A DNA stretch of 39,432 bases from an uncultured Bacteroidales bacterium (GTDB taxonomy: Bacteria; Bacteroidota; Bacteroidia; Bacteroidales; TTA-H9): the NCBI GenBank assembly GCA_964550695.1, contig CAZKCK010000002.1:14447-53878 (forward strand). The letters run 5' to 3'. The position numbers were made by a program, and so were the translations under genes. Below the pieces are notes generated by a model. It was not told the DNA's origin, made no database searches, and saw only the letters and a program-made list of their open reading frames with translations. Of this stretch, positions 19,177-28,341 are shown piece by piece. Position 1 is the stretch's first letter, and the number at the start of each line of letters is the position of its first letter.

Positions 19177-20279
19177 AGGTAATTATTAGCGGAGGCGGAA
19201 CCGGCGGACATATTTTCCCGGCCATAGCTATTGCAAATGCAATAAAGAAAATTGATACGTCCGCCGAAATACTTTTTGTTGGAGCACTGGGCAAAATGGA
19301 AATGAAACGTGTACCCGAAGCTGGTTATCCAATTGAAGGGCTTTGGATCAGTGGATTTCAACGCAATTTAACCATCAAAAACTTCCTTTTCCCGGCAAAA
19401 GTCCTTGTAAGTCTTTTGAAAGCCGGACAAATCATCAAAAAGTTTAAGCCCGATGTTGTGATTGGTGTGGGCGGTTTTGCTTCAGGACCAACACTCAGGG
19501 CAGCCATAGCAGCAGGAGTTCCAACGGCAATTCAGGAACAAAATTCCTTTCCCGGAATCACTAACAAACTGCTTGCTAAAAAGGTGAACCGTATTTTTAC
19601 GGCATATTCACAGATGGAAAAATTCTTTCCAAAGGATAAAATTATTCTTTCCGGAAATCCGGTCAGGGAACAGGCTGTAAACATTGAAGGTAAAAAAGAA
19701 GCCGGACTGGCTAACTTCGGTTTACAAAACGGTAAAACAACCCTGCTTGTGGTCGGAGGAAGCCAGGGTGCATGGTCGATAAATGAAGCTATTGAGAAGG
19801 CTATTCCGCAACTGATCACACATGATATACAAATCATCTGGCAGACAGGTTCACCTTTCAAAATGCGGGCATCTCAGGCCATTCTCAAATCCGGAAGCAG
19901 TATGGTACAATCAGTTGAATTCATCAATCAGATGGAACTTGCTTATGCCGCTGCTGATATCATTGTTTCCAGATCAGGAGCTATCGCCATCAGTGAGTTG
20001 TGTATCGTGGGCAAACCGGTTATTCTGGTACCGTATCCAGCTGCAGCAGAAGATCACCAGACAAAAAATGCAGCCGAACTTGCAAACAGGCATGCAGCCA
20101 TTCTACTCAGCGACAGACTGGTACGAACAGATCTCGCACAGGAAATTCTCAGACTTGCTTCCGACTTTAGTCAGCAGCATACGCTTTCGTCAAATATCAA
20201 AAAAATGGCCATTGATGATGCAGATAAACGCATTGCCCGCGAAATCATCAGCATGGTTCATTCAAAAAAACAAGCATAA
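19173..20279 (+). CDS. murG: Lipid II GlcNAc transferase
   Basis: GGGTGGHIFP, GGFASGP, EQN, GNPVR, GGSQGA and DHQTKNA. Confidence 0.97.
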   Translation: MKVIISGGGTGGHIFPAIAIANAIKKIDTSAEILFVGALGKMEMKRVPEAGYPIEGLWISGFQRNLTIKNFLFPAKVLVSLLKAGQIIKKFKPDVVIGVGGFASGPTLRAAIAAGVPTAIQEQNSFPGITNKLLAKKVNRIFTAYSQMEKFFPKDKIILSGNPVREQAVNIEGKKEAGLANFGLQNGKTTLLVVGGSQGAWSINEAIEKAIPQLITHDIQIIWQTGSPFKMRASQAILKSGSSMVQSVEFINQMELAYAAADIIVSRSGAIAISELCIVGKPVILVPYPAAAEDHQTKNAAELANRHAAILLSDRLVRTDLAQEILRLASDFSQQHTLSSNIKKMAIDDADKRIAREIISMVHSKKQA

Positions 20280-20280
20280 T

Positions 20281-21651
20281 ATGGATATCCGGTCAGTTAA
20301 ATCAGTATATTTTCTCGGAATAGGCGGCATTGGAATGAGTGCCCTGGCCAGATATTTTGCCATAAAAGGAGCTGGTGTCAGTGGTTATGATAAAACTTCC
20401 ACCGAACTTACAGATACGCTTCAGGCTGAAGGAATTGCAATTCATTTTGAAGAAGATTTAAGCAAAATTCCACAAGATACCGAACTGATTGTTTATACTC
20501 CGGCCATTCCGAAAGACAATGCCGAACGCGTATACCTTGAACAGTCGGGCATTACAATGCTTAAAAGATCAGAGCTATTGGGGCTGCTTACTGCGCAGAA
20601 CAAAACCATTGCCATCAGCGGAACACATGGCAAAACAACCACTTCAACCATGGTTGCACACATTCTGAACTCGGCTCATACCGGATGTACTGCATTTTTG
20701 GGAGGCATTTCAAAAAACTACGATAGCAACCTGATTCTTAGCCCTGAAGATACCTGGATCGTAACCGAGGCTGATGAATTTGACAGATCGTTCCATCAAT
20801 TATTTCCAACGCTGGCAGTTATCACCGCCATTGATGCTGACCATCTGGATATCTACGGCACATACAAAGAACTTGTTATTGCCTTTAATCAGTTTGCATC
20901 GCAGGTAAAACAAGGTGGTGCCGTATTGATAAAAAAGGGACTTGAACACCTGATTACAAACAATATAAGCGCTAAAATCCTGACTTATGGGGTGAATCAA
21001 CCCGAAGCAGATTTTAATGCAAGGAACATCAGGGTTGAAAATGGCGTTTACAATTATGAAATTTGCACACCGACAGGAATTCTTGACAACATTGAGCTCG
21101 GCGTTCCGGCACTGATGAACATTGAAAATTCTGTTGCAGCAGCAGCTATGGCCCAATACAGCGGATGCGATGCCATTGAAATCAGAAACGGATTAAAGAC
21201 TTTTAAAGGCATTCACCGCAGATTTGAAATGAAATTTAAACATGCCGGACTGGTATATATTGATGACTATGCGCACCATCCCGAAGAAATCAGAGCGCTG
21301 GTCAATTCAGTACGACAATTGTATCCGGGTGTTGCAGTAACCGGCATTTTCCAGCCACACCTGTTTTCACGGACGCAGGATTTTGCCGAAGGTTTTGCAA
21401 AAAGCCTTGATCTGCTGGATTATACATATCTTCTTGATATTTACCCGGCACGTGAACTTCCGATACCTGGAGTCGACTCTCAATTAATTGCAGGCAAGAT
21501 GTTGAAGCCCTGTGCTATTGTATCACGAGAGGAGGTCCTGAAAATTGCTTCTGATTTAAGTGAGGGCATTCTGCTCACAATTGGTGCAGGCGATATTGAC
21601 AAACTGGTGGCTCCCATTGAAGACATCCTTCACAAAAAAGCAGGCATATGA
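20281..21651 (+). CDS. murC: UDP-MurNAc--L-alanine ligase
   Basis: GIGGIGMSALA, GTHGKTTT, EADEFDRSF, DDYAHHP, FQPHLFSRT and GAGDI. Likely start is ATG 20281 rather than the track's 19822. Confidence 0.97.
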   Translation: MDIRSVKSVYFLGIGGIGMSALARYFAIKGAGVSGYDKTSTELTDTLQAEGIAIHFEEDLSKIPQDTELIVYTPAIPKDNAERVYLEQSGITMLKRSELLGLLTAQNKTIAISGTHGKTTTSTMVAHILNSAHTGCTAFLGGISKNYDSNLILSPEDTWIVTEADEFDRSFHQLFPTLAVITAIDADHLDIYGTYKELVIAFNQFASQVKQGGAVLIKKGLEHLITNNISAKILTYGVNQPEADFNARNIRVENGVYNYEICTPTGILDNIELGVPALMNIENSVAAAAMAQYSGCDAIEIRNGLKTFKGIHRRFEMKFKHAGLVYIDDYAHHPEEIRALVNSVRQLYPGVAVTGIFQPHLFSRTQDFAEGFAKSLDLLDYTYLLDIYPARELPIPGVDSQLIAGKMLKPCAIVSREEVLKIASDLSEGILLTIGAGDIDKLVAPIEDILHKKAGI

Positions 21652-22430
21652 AAAAAATCCTGACCATAAGTATCTGGACCATATTACTTGCCGGAACCGC
21701 AGTATTGCTGGGATTTGTAAACATTGAAAAGCAAAAAACCGTTTGCAGCAATATCATTGCAACTATTACCCGACAGGGAGAAGCAACCCTGATTACCCGG
21801 GAAGAACTGATCATGCTGATTCAGCAAAATGATCAACCTCTGAAAGGAAGGCTGATTGAAACAATCAACCCCCGGTTACTTGAAAGTACGCTCAAAAGAA
21901 ATCCATTTATCCAGAATGCGGATGTATATACAATGCTCAATGGAACCATTGTAATTAATGCCATTCAGAGAGATCCGGTAATAAGGATTTTCAATTCACA
22001 TGATGAGCAGTTTTATATTGACCGAAACGGAATTTTATTTCAAACCAGCAAGGATCACCCAGCCAGAATACTTGTGGCAACAGGCAATATAAACGCAAAG
22101 TTCAAACCGGGATTTAATGTCAATTCTATAGCTGATAGCCTGAAACCCAAAGCAATATTGTATGGGATATATCGGCTGGCCCTCACTGCCCGGAAACTGG
22201 AGTATATACAACTTCTTGCGGGCCAGATTAATGTGAATCAGAATTATGAATTTGAATTATTTACAAATACCGGCAATCACACAATTCTTGTGGGAGATGC
22301 AGTGAATCTGGAACAAAAATTCAACCGGTTATACTGGTTTTACAAAAAAGCCATATCTCAGGTGGGATGGGAAAGATATTCTACTATTAACCTCAAATAT
22401 GATAATCAGGTGGTTTGCACACTAAAATAG
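21648..22430 (+). CDS. ftsQ: Cell division protein FtsQ/DivIB
   Basis: N-terminal TM, POTRA-like region (QRDPVIRI) and C-terminal INLKYDNQVVC; lies between murC and ftsA. Confidence 0.85.
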   Translation: MKKILTISIWTILLAGTAVLLGFVNIEKQKTVCSNIIATITRQGEATLITREELIMLIQQNDQPLKGRLIETINPRLLESTLKRNPFIQNADVYTMLNGTIVINAIQRDPVIRIFNSHDEQFYIDRNGILFQTSKDHPARILVATGNINAKFKPGFNVNSIADSLKPKAILYGIYRLALTARKLEYIQLLAGQINVNQNYEFELFTNTGNHTILVGDAVNLEQKFNRLYWFYKKAISQVGWERYSTINLKYDNQVVCTLK

Positions 22431-22437
22431 TTTACAT

Positions 22438-23760
22438 ATGGAAACATCAGAAGTATTTATTGTAAGTCTTGATATTGGAACAACCAAAATTGCAGCCATT
22501 GTTGGCCGTAAAAACGAACACAATAAAATTGAAATTCTCGGCTATGGAAAAGCTGAGTCGCTTGGTGTCAAGCGCGGAGTGGTTGCCAATATTGAAAACA
22601 CGGTTCAGTCAATAAAAATAGCTGTGGCCGAAGCGGAAACACGATCAGGTGTTGAAATTAAATATGTAAATGTTGGCATCGCCGGTCAACACATCAAAAG
22701 CCTGCAGCACAGGGGCTCACGTATCAGGCAGAACGGAGAGGAAGAGATTACTCAATCAGATATTGATGATTTGATTAACGACATGTACAACCTCAACATG
22801 AATCCGGGTGAAGAGGTGATTGATGTAATTCCTCAGGAGTTTACCGTTGACAAGGAAGATGGAATAAAAAATCCGGTGGGTGTTCTCGGCACATCACTTG
22901 AAGCCAACTTCCATATAATCATCGGGCAGACTGCAGCGGCACGCAACATTTATAAATGCGTTAAAAAGGCAGGACTTGAAGTTGTTGACCTGATTCTGGA
23001 GCCTCTCGCTTCATCGGAAGCTGTGCTTGCATTCGATGAAAAAGAAGCCGGCGTAGTGCTGGTTGATATAGGTGGGGGTACCACCGATATCGCTATTTTT
23101 CAGGATCATATCATCAGACATACTGCAGTAATTCCATTTGGTGGTGACATCATTACAGAAGATATAAGGGAAGGTTGTTCAATCATTAAGAAACATGCCG
23201 AAGATCTGAAAATAAAATTCGGATCAGCGCTGGTAAGTGAAAACCGGGATGAGGATGTTGTAGCCATTCCGGGCCTCAGAGGAAGACCGCCCAAAGAAAT
23301 TACCCTGCGCAATCTTTCAAATATTATTCAGGCCCGAATGGAAGAAATCATCGAGCAGGTGTATTTTGAAATTAAAAACTCAGGATTCGAAAAGAAGCTC
23401 ATTGCCGGCATCGTTCTCACTGGCGGAGGAGCTCAATTGAAGCATATCAGGCAACTAACAGAGTATCTTACAGGACTGGATACACGCATAGGATACCCCA
23501 ACGAACACCTGGCTCCGGGAGCTCCTGATGATATGGCAAGCCCGATGTATGCAACCGGCATAGGACTGGTAATTTTGGGTCAACAACGCTTTGACAGCGA
23601 ACTAAAAAAACGCCTGCGCGACAAAGCCCCATTGCCAGAAAAACCACTGATTGCGCCCATTATTCCACCAAAACCGGATGAAAAACCAAGGGCCAAAGAA
23701 GAACGCAGAGAAGGATTTCTGACCCGCATCAAACGCTTCTTTGAAGACGAATCTGATTAA
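22438..23760 (+). CDS. ftsA: Cell division protein FtsA
   Basis: LDIGTTKI, DIGGGTTD and VLTGGG; C-terminal amphipathic helix FLTRIKRFFE. Confidence 0.97.
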   Translation: METSEVFIVSLDIGTTKIAAIVGRKNEHNKIEILGYGKAESLGVKRGVVANIENTVQSIKIAVAEAETRSGVEIKYVNVGIAGQHIKSLQHRGSRIRQNGEEEITQSDIDDLINDMYNLNMNPGEEVIDVIPQEFTVDKEDGIKNPVGVLGTSLEANFHIIIGQTAAARNIYKCVKKAGLEVVDLILEPLASSEAVLAFDEKEAGVVLVDIGGGTTDIAIFQDHIIRHTAVIPFGGDIITEDIREGCSIIKKHAEDLKIKFGSALVSENRDEDVVAIPGLRGRPPKEITLRNLSNIIQARMEEIIEQVYFEIKNSGFEKKLIAGIVLTGGGAQLKHIRQLTEYLTGLDTRIGYPNEHLAPGAPDDMASPMYATGIGLVILGQQRFDSELKKRLRDKAPLPEKPLIAPIIPPKPDEKPRAKEERREGFLTRIKRFFEDESD

Positions 23761-23884
23761 CAATTACTTACATTCAAAAAATTTTGAATTATTCGGTTTG
23801 TAATTAACAAACACCTGTTGATAAAAAATTAAAATAAGCGGATAGGGCTTAAAACAAATGCATAATTTTAAGGAGGATATTAAA

Positions 23885-25426
23885 ATGAATAACATGCTAA
23901 AATTCGATTTGCCAAAAGGGCAGTCGGCGAGTATTAAAGTACTGGGCGTTGGCGGTGGCGGCAACAATGCTGTAAACCATATGTATAAAGAAGGTATTAA
24001 AGATGTGGACTTTATACAATGCAATACTGATGCACAGGTACTGGAAATAAGTCCTGTGCCGATTCGTATACAACTGGGCAGTACAGGCCTGGGGGCAGGC
24101 GCCAGACCTGAAGTCGGACGCCGTGCTGCAGAAGAGTCAATTGAAGAAATCAGAAATCTGCTCGAAAAAAACACACAGATGCTGTTTATTACCGCCGGAA
24201 TGGGTGGTGGTACCGGCACCGGTGCTGCTCCGGTTATTGCAAGTATTGCACGTGAACTTGACATACTCACAGTTGGAATCGTAACGCTTCCGTTTAGTTT
24301 TGAAGGACGCAAACGACGCCTCCAGGCCGAACAGGGCATTGAAGAACTCAGAAAATATGTTGATACGCTCTTGATTATCAATAACGATAAAGTCAGGGAA
24401 CTTTTTGGTGACCTTAAACTCACTGAAGCATTCCACCATGCTGATAACATTCTTTCGACCGCTGCAAAAGGAATAGCAGAAATTATTACGGTAAAAGGCT
24501 ATATAAACGTTGACTTTGAGGACGTTAAAACGGTAATGAAAAACAGTGGCAAGGCTATCATGGGATCCGGTTTGGCTTCCGGAGAAGACCGTGCCATCAA
24601 AGCCGCTTCACAGGCCCTATCTTCGCCCCTGCTCAACGACAACGATATCAATGGTGCCAAAAACATGCTGCTATACATATCCTCTGGCGTGGAAGGCGAA
24701 ATCACCATGGATGAAGTTTCAGAAATTACCGATTATATTCAGCAGTCTGCCGGACTCGATGTTGATATTATCTGGGGTACCGGATTTGATGAAGTTTTAG
24801 GCGATCAAATCAGCATTACGCTGATAGCCACCGGATTCGAAGCAAAAAGACCTCCGGTAGAAGATCCCATTAAAAAGAACATCATTCCACTGAATGATGA
24901 AGTGGCCACCAAAGCAACTTTTCAGCCGCAGCAAGTTGAATCTATCATCAGAGAAGAGATTTCGCTGATAAACCGCGTTGAACGTATTGAATCCTTTCAG
25001 GCTCCGGGCCCTCAGGCTGATACCATTGTGATGCAGGAAGTTGAAATGATACAGCCAACAAAACCTACTCCTGTGCACACTGAACCTATAACTGAAATTA
25101 CTTTGTTCAGCAGACCCGAACTTGAAATAACAGACGAAATTGAAGTTAAACCCAATCAAAAGCCTGAACACCATCTGCTTACAAAAATCGGGACACCAAA
25201 CCGCCCGATGGAATTCGACAATACCGAACGCAGGCGTAAGTTTAACCGCTTCAGTGTTACTCCGGATATGGTCGACAATTATGAAAAAGTGCCGGCATAT
25301 AAACGTAATGGGTATGAACTCACCCAGACTCCTCCGGCATCAGCACAAATTTCGAATAAACTGGTTTTGAATGAAGATAATGAAGTCAGAAACAACCCCT
25401 TCCTCGAAAAAGGAAGTGTAGATTAA
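23885..25426 (+). CDS. ftsZ: Cell division protein FtsZ
   Basis: GVGGGGNNAV, NTDAQ, GMGGGTGTG and INVDFEDV; long linker and C-terminal NNPFLEKGSVD. Start 23885 (alternatives 23858, 23894). Confidence 0.98.
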   Translation: MNNMLKFDLPKGQSASIKVLGVGGGGNNAVNHMYKEGIKDVDFIQCNTDAQVLEISPVPIRIQLGSTGLGAGARPEVGRRAAEESIEEIRNLLEKNTQMLFITAGMGGGTGTGAAPVIASIARELDILTVGIVTLPFSFEGRKRRLQAEQGIEELRKYVDTLLIINNDKVRELFGDLKLTEAFHHADNILSTAAKGIAEIITVKGYINVDFEDVKTVMKNSGKAIMGSGLASGEDRAIKAASQALSSPLLNDNDINGAKNMLLYISSGVEGEITMDEVSEITDYIQQSAGLDVDIIWGTGFDEVLGDQISITLIATGFEAKRPPVEDPIKKNIIPLNDEVATKATFQPQQVESIIREEISLINRVERIESFQAPGPQADTIVMQEVEMIQPTKPTPVHTEPITEITLFSRPELEITDEIEVKPNQKPEHHLLTKIGTPNRPMEFDNTERRRKFNRFSVTPDMVDNYEKVPAYKRNGYELTQTPPASAQISNKLVLNEDNEVRNNPFLEKGSVD

Positions 25427-25462
25427 CCACGATCTGATAACATTGTAAAAATATCAAGAATT

Positions 25463-25918
25463 ATGTCACTGGAAATTCTGATCAATAACGATATAAAGGC
25501 AGCCATGCTTGCCAAAGACAGGCGAAAACTCGAATCATTGAGAGCCATTAAGGCTGCCCTGCTGCTTGAAAAGACGGGAAAAGACACTTCGGGTGGCGAG
25601 ATTCCGGCAGAAGTTGAATTCAAACTACTTCACAAACTCGTGAAACAACGCCGTGATTCAGCCGAAATATATGTTGCTCAAAACAGGCAGGATCTTGCCG
25701 AAGAAGAATTATTTCAGTTGTCCATTATCGAAGCTTACCTGCCAAAAATGATGAGCGATGATGAAATAAGGGCTGAAATTAAACGCATTGTAACAGAATC
25801 CGGGGCCACTTCAATGAAAGATATGGGAAAAATTATGGGCATTGCCTCTAAAGAACTGGCCGGTAAAGCTGATAATAAAACCGTTTCGGTCATTGTGAAA
25901 GAAATACTCGGAAGCTAA
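25463..25918 (+). CDS. GatB/YqeY domain protein
   Basis: IKAAMLAKD, KLVKQRRDSAEIY, YLPKMMS and MKDMGKIMG. Confidence 0.93.
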   Translation: MSLEILINNDIKAAMLAKDRRKLESLRAIKAALLLEKTGKDTSGGEIPAEVEFKLLHKLVKQRRDSAEIYVAQNRQDLAEEELFQLSIIEAYLPKMMSDDEIRAEIKRIVTESGATSMKDMGKIMGIASKELAGKADNKTVSVIVKEILGS

Positions 25919-25942
25919 GCTAAAACCTCCTGATATTGCATG

Positions 25943-25969
25943 AAGGGTCGGCTAAATGCCGGCCTTTTT
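25943..25969 (+). terminator. Intrinsic terminator-like hairpin after yqeY
   Basis: AAGGGTCGGC-TAAAT-GCCGGCCTTT stem (two G-U pairs) ending in a TTTTT run. Confidence 0.6.
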
Positions 25970-25982
25970 CAAATACAAAAAT

Positions 25983-26441
25983 ATGGCACACATCAAAATA
26001 CTGTCCGTTAATATTTCAGAGCTCAAAGGCACGGTTAAAAAAACAGTCCCTGAAATTCACCTTACTGTTAAAGGCGTTGAAAACGATGCACATGCAGGTG
26101 ACTGGCATCGTCAGGTAAGCATGCTCGCCATTGAAAGCATCCAAAAATTTGAGGGCATGTCAGGAAGAAAAATCAGGTTTGGCGAGTTTGCGGAAAATAT
26201 TACGACCGAGGGAATGGAATTGTTTCATACCAAACCCGGCGACCTTTTTGTTAATGATAACATTATACTGGAAGTCACGCAGATAGGAAAAACCTGCCAT
26301 GGTTCAAACTGCAATATATTCAAAGAAGTCGGGGCCTGTGTAATGCCAAAGGAAGGCATCTTTTGCCGGGTGATCAAAACCGGTGTGGCAAAACCCGGTG
26401 ACATCCTATTTTATCAGCCCAAAGCACAACCGAATGTTTAA
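25983..26441 (+). CDS. MOSC domain protein
   Basis: DAHAGDWHRQVS, GEFAENITTEG, TQIGKTCH..C..C and VMPKEGIF; start ATG 25983. Confidence 0.9.
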   Translation: MAHIKILSVNISELKGTVKKTVPEIHLTVKGVENDAHAGDWHRQVSMLAIESIQKFEGMSGRKIRFGEFAENITTEGMELFHTKPGDLFVNDNIILEVTQIGKTCHGSNCNIFKEVGACVMPKEGIFCRVIKTGVAKPGDILFYQPKAQPNV

Positions 26442-26949
26442 CCCGGAATCACATTTATTTAAAATACTGATAATTACACTCAGTGATCGGGCCAGCAAAG
26501 GTGAATACACCGACCGGAGCGGACCCGAAATCAAACAGTTAGTATCAGGATTTATGCATGGCATCGGCTGGAAAAATGAAGTGAAAACCATCATAATTCC
26601 CGATGACGCCATCATGCTTCAAAAGATTGTTGAAGAGGCCGTTTCTGAAAACACCGATTTAATTTTTACAACAGGAGGAACCGGCATCGGGCCACGTGAT
26701 ATCACTGTTGATACCATCGCACCCATGCTTCACAAACAAATTCCCGGTATCATTGAAATGATCAGGATAAAGTACGGAACCACGAAACCTGCAGCACTGC
26801 TTACGCGCGCTGTAGCAGGGATGATCGGCACAACCCTTGTTTTTACACTGCCCGGAAGTGTAAAGGCGGTAAATGAGTATTGCACAGAAATATTTACCAT
26901 TCTGGAACATGCATTTTATATGATGTACGGAATTGACAAACACAAGTAA
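26434..26949 (+). CDS. mog: Molybdopterin adenylyltransferase, MogA/MoaB family
   Basis: ITLSDRAS, DRSGP, IIPDD, TTGGTGIGPRDIT and LPGSVKAV. ATG 26434 overlaps the MOSC stop by 8 nt. Confidence 0.88.
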   Translation: MFNPESHLFKILIITLSDRASKGEYTDRSGPEIKQLVSGFMHGIGWKNEVKTIIIPDDAIMLQKIVEEAVSENTDLIFTTGGTGIGPRDITVDTIAPMLHKQIPGIIEMIRIKYGTTKPAALLTRAVAGMIGTTLVFTLPGSVKAVNEYCTEIFTILEHAFYMMYGIDKHK

Positions 26950-26950
26950 T

Positions 26951-27451
26951 ATGATGAAGATAAATCTGAGAAAAGCCAATAAGCACGATATTCCTGCCAT
27001 ACTTGAGTTGATTACTGAACTTGCCGAATATGAGCGTGCTGTGCGTGAAGTTACTATTGATCTTACGCAATTAGAGACTGACGGTTTTGGATCAAACCCG
27101 CTGTTTGAGGTTATTTTGGCTGAGAACGGCGAAGGGATTGCAGGTATGGCATTCTGGTTTTATGCTTATTCAACATGGAAAGGTAAATGCATATACCTTG
27201 AAGATATTATTGTTAAAAATGAATTGCGCGGCCAGGGTATTGGCACCCTGCTTTTTGAAGCTGTTATTGCACGTGCAAGTGAAGTCAATGCCAAAAGGCT
27301 GATGTGGCAGGTGCTCGACTGGAATGAGCCTGCCATTGCATTCTACAAAAAATATAAACCCGATTTCAGCAATGAATGGTTAAACGTACGAATGAACGAA
27401 TTTCAGATTGAAGAACTATCACAAAAAATTATAAGTAATGCTGCTAACTGA
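26951..27451 (+). CDS. GNAT N-acetyltransferase (SSAT/diamine acetyltransferase-like)
   Basis: LITELAEYE, YSTWKGKCIYLEDI, RGQGIG and VLDWNEPAIAFY. Confidence 0.88.
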   Translation: MMKINLRKANKHDIPAILELITELAEYERAVREVTIDLTQLETDGFGSNPLFEVILAENGEGIAGMAFWFYAYSTWKGKCIYLEDIIVKNELRGQGIGTLLFEAVIARASEVNAKRLMWQVLDWNEPAIAFYKKYKPDFSNEWLNVRMNEFQIEELSQKIISNAAN

Positions 27452-27998
27452 TCTGCAAGCCCTTGGCTTATTAAACAAGCATATAAAAAATGAAAAAATG
27501 ATCCAGCATTGCCTTGCTTCACAGGCAGTTCTAAAGGCCATTGCCAGGCGGTTAGGACAGAATGAGGCTCAATATGGCCTCGCCGGATTGCTTCATGATA
27601 TTGATGTTGAATATACGAATGCTGACTCATTAACACATGGCCCCGTTGGAGCCGGCTGGCTGGCTGAATCAGGCGTTGATCCTGAAATTGTGGATGCTAT
27701 TGGAATGCACAACGAAATGGCCACAAACATCCCGCGCACTACCATGTTTCAGCATGCTCTTGCTGCCGGTGAAACAATTACCGGGTTGGTCACTGCCACA
27801 GCCCTGGTTTATCCTGACCGCAAACTTGCCTCTGTTAAAACCAAATCTGTTGTAAAACGGATGAAGGAAAAAGCCTTTGCTGCTTCTGTAAACCGGGAAA
27901 CCATAATGGAATGTGAAAAAATCGGAATTCCCATCGATGAGTTTGCCGAGCTGGCCATCCAGGCCATGCTGGGAATACATGATGACCTTGGTTTGTAA
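27438..27998 (+). CDS. HD-superfamily (HDIG) metal-dependent hydrolase
   Basis: IQHC...GLLHDID...HG...HN; KSVVKRMKEKAFAASVNRE. Confidence 0.85.
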   Translation: MLLTDLQALGLLNKHIKNEKMIQHCLASQAVLKAIARRLGQNEAQYGLAGLLHDIDVEYTNADSLTHGPVGAGWLAESGVDPEIVDAIGMHNEMATNIPRTTMFQHALAAGETITGLVTATALVYPDRKLASVKTKSVVKRMKEKAFAASVNRETIMECEKIGIPIDEFAELAIQAMLGIHDDLGL

Positions 27999-28041
27999 TA
28001 CATTGCTTTACTGAATTGAAAATGAATTAAAAAACCTGACA

Positions 28042-28341
28042 ATGAAAATCCTGAACACCGTTTACATCCCCTATATCGTGTTGATTACTGCTTTTCTGAT
28101 TTTAATCGGATTTGTTGACAAAAACGACATTTTTACCCAAATCAGGATTACCCGCGAACTAAACAAATTAAAGGCGGAGGAACAGTATTTTAAAAACGAA
28201 ATTGCAAAAAACCGGGAATCCTTACAAAAATTAATGACCGACCCTGCAACTCTTGAAAAGTTCGCACGTGAAACCTATCTGATGAAACGTGATAATGAGG
28301 AAATTTTTCTGATTGTTGAAGATTCTGTCAACATTGAATAA
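28042..28341 (+). CDS. ftsB: Septum formation initiator FtsB/DivIC family
   Basis: N-terminal TM, coiled coil and LEKFARETYLMKRDNEEIF signature; 99 aa. Confidence 0.82.
   Translation: MKILNTVYIPYIVLITAFLILIGFVDKNDIFTQIRITRELNKLKAEEQYFKNEIAKNRESLQKLMTDPATLEKFARETYLMKRDNEEIFLIVEDSVNIE

Noticed and set aside
19822-20280. Apparent 153-aa N-terminal extension of MurC (609-aa ORF)
   Set aside because: It is an alternative frame of the murG 3' half. MurC homology begins at ATG 20281, 1 nt after the murG stop.
23764-24450. 228-aa antisense ORF over ftsZ
   Set aside because: Ser/Pro-rich shadow of conserved ftsZ codons with no independent motif.
9958-25426. Absence of murF, ddl and murB from the dcw cluster; extra loop in MraY; long FtsZ linker
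   Set aside because: These are typical of Bacteroidota dcw clusters, not anomalies.
25919-25982. Possible Moco riboswitch upstream of MOSC/mog
   Set aside because: The 64-bp gap holds a single hairpin and is too short for the multi-stem Moco RNA motif.
26951-27998. GNAT plus HD pair as a defence or toxin module
   Set aside because: Both resemble common housekeeping families (SSAT-like, HDIG), with no mobility or defence context.
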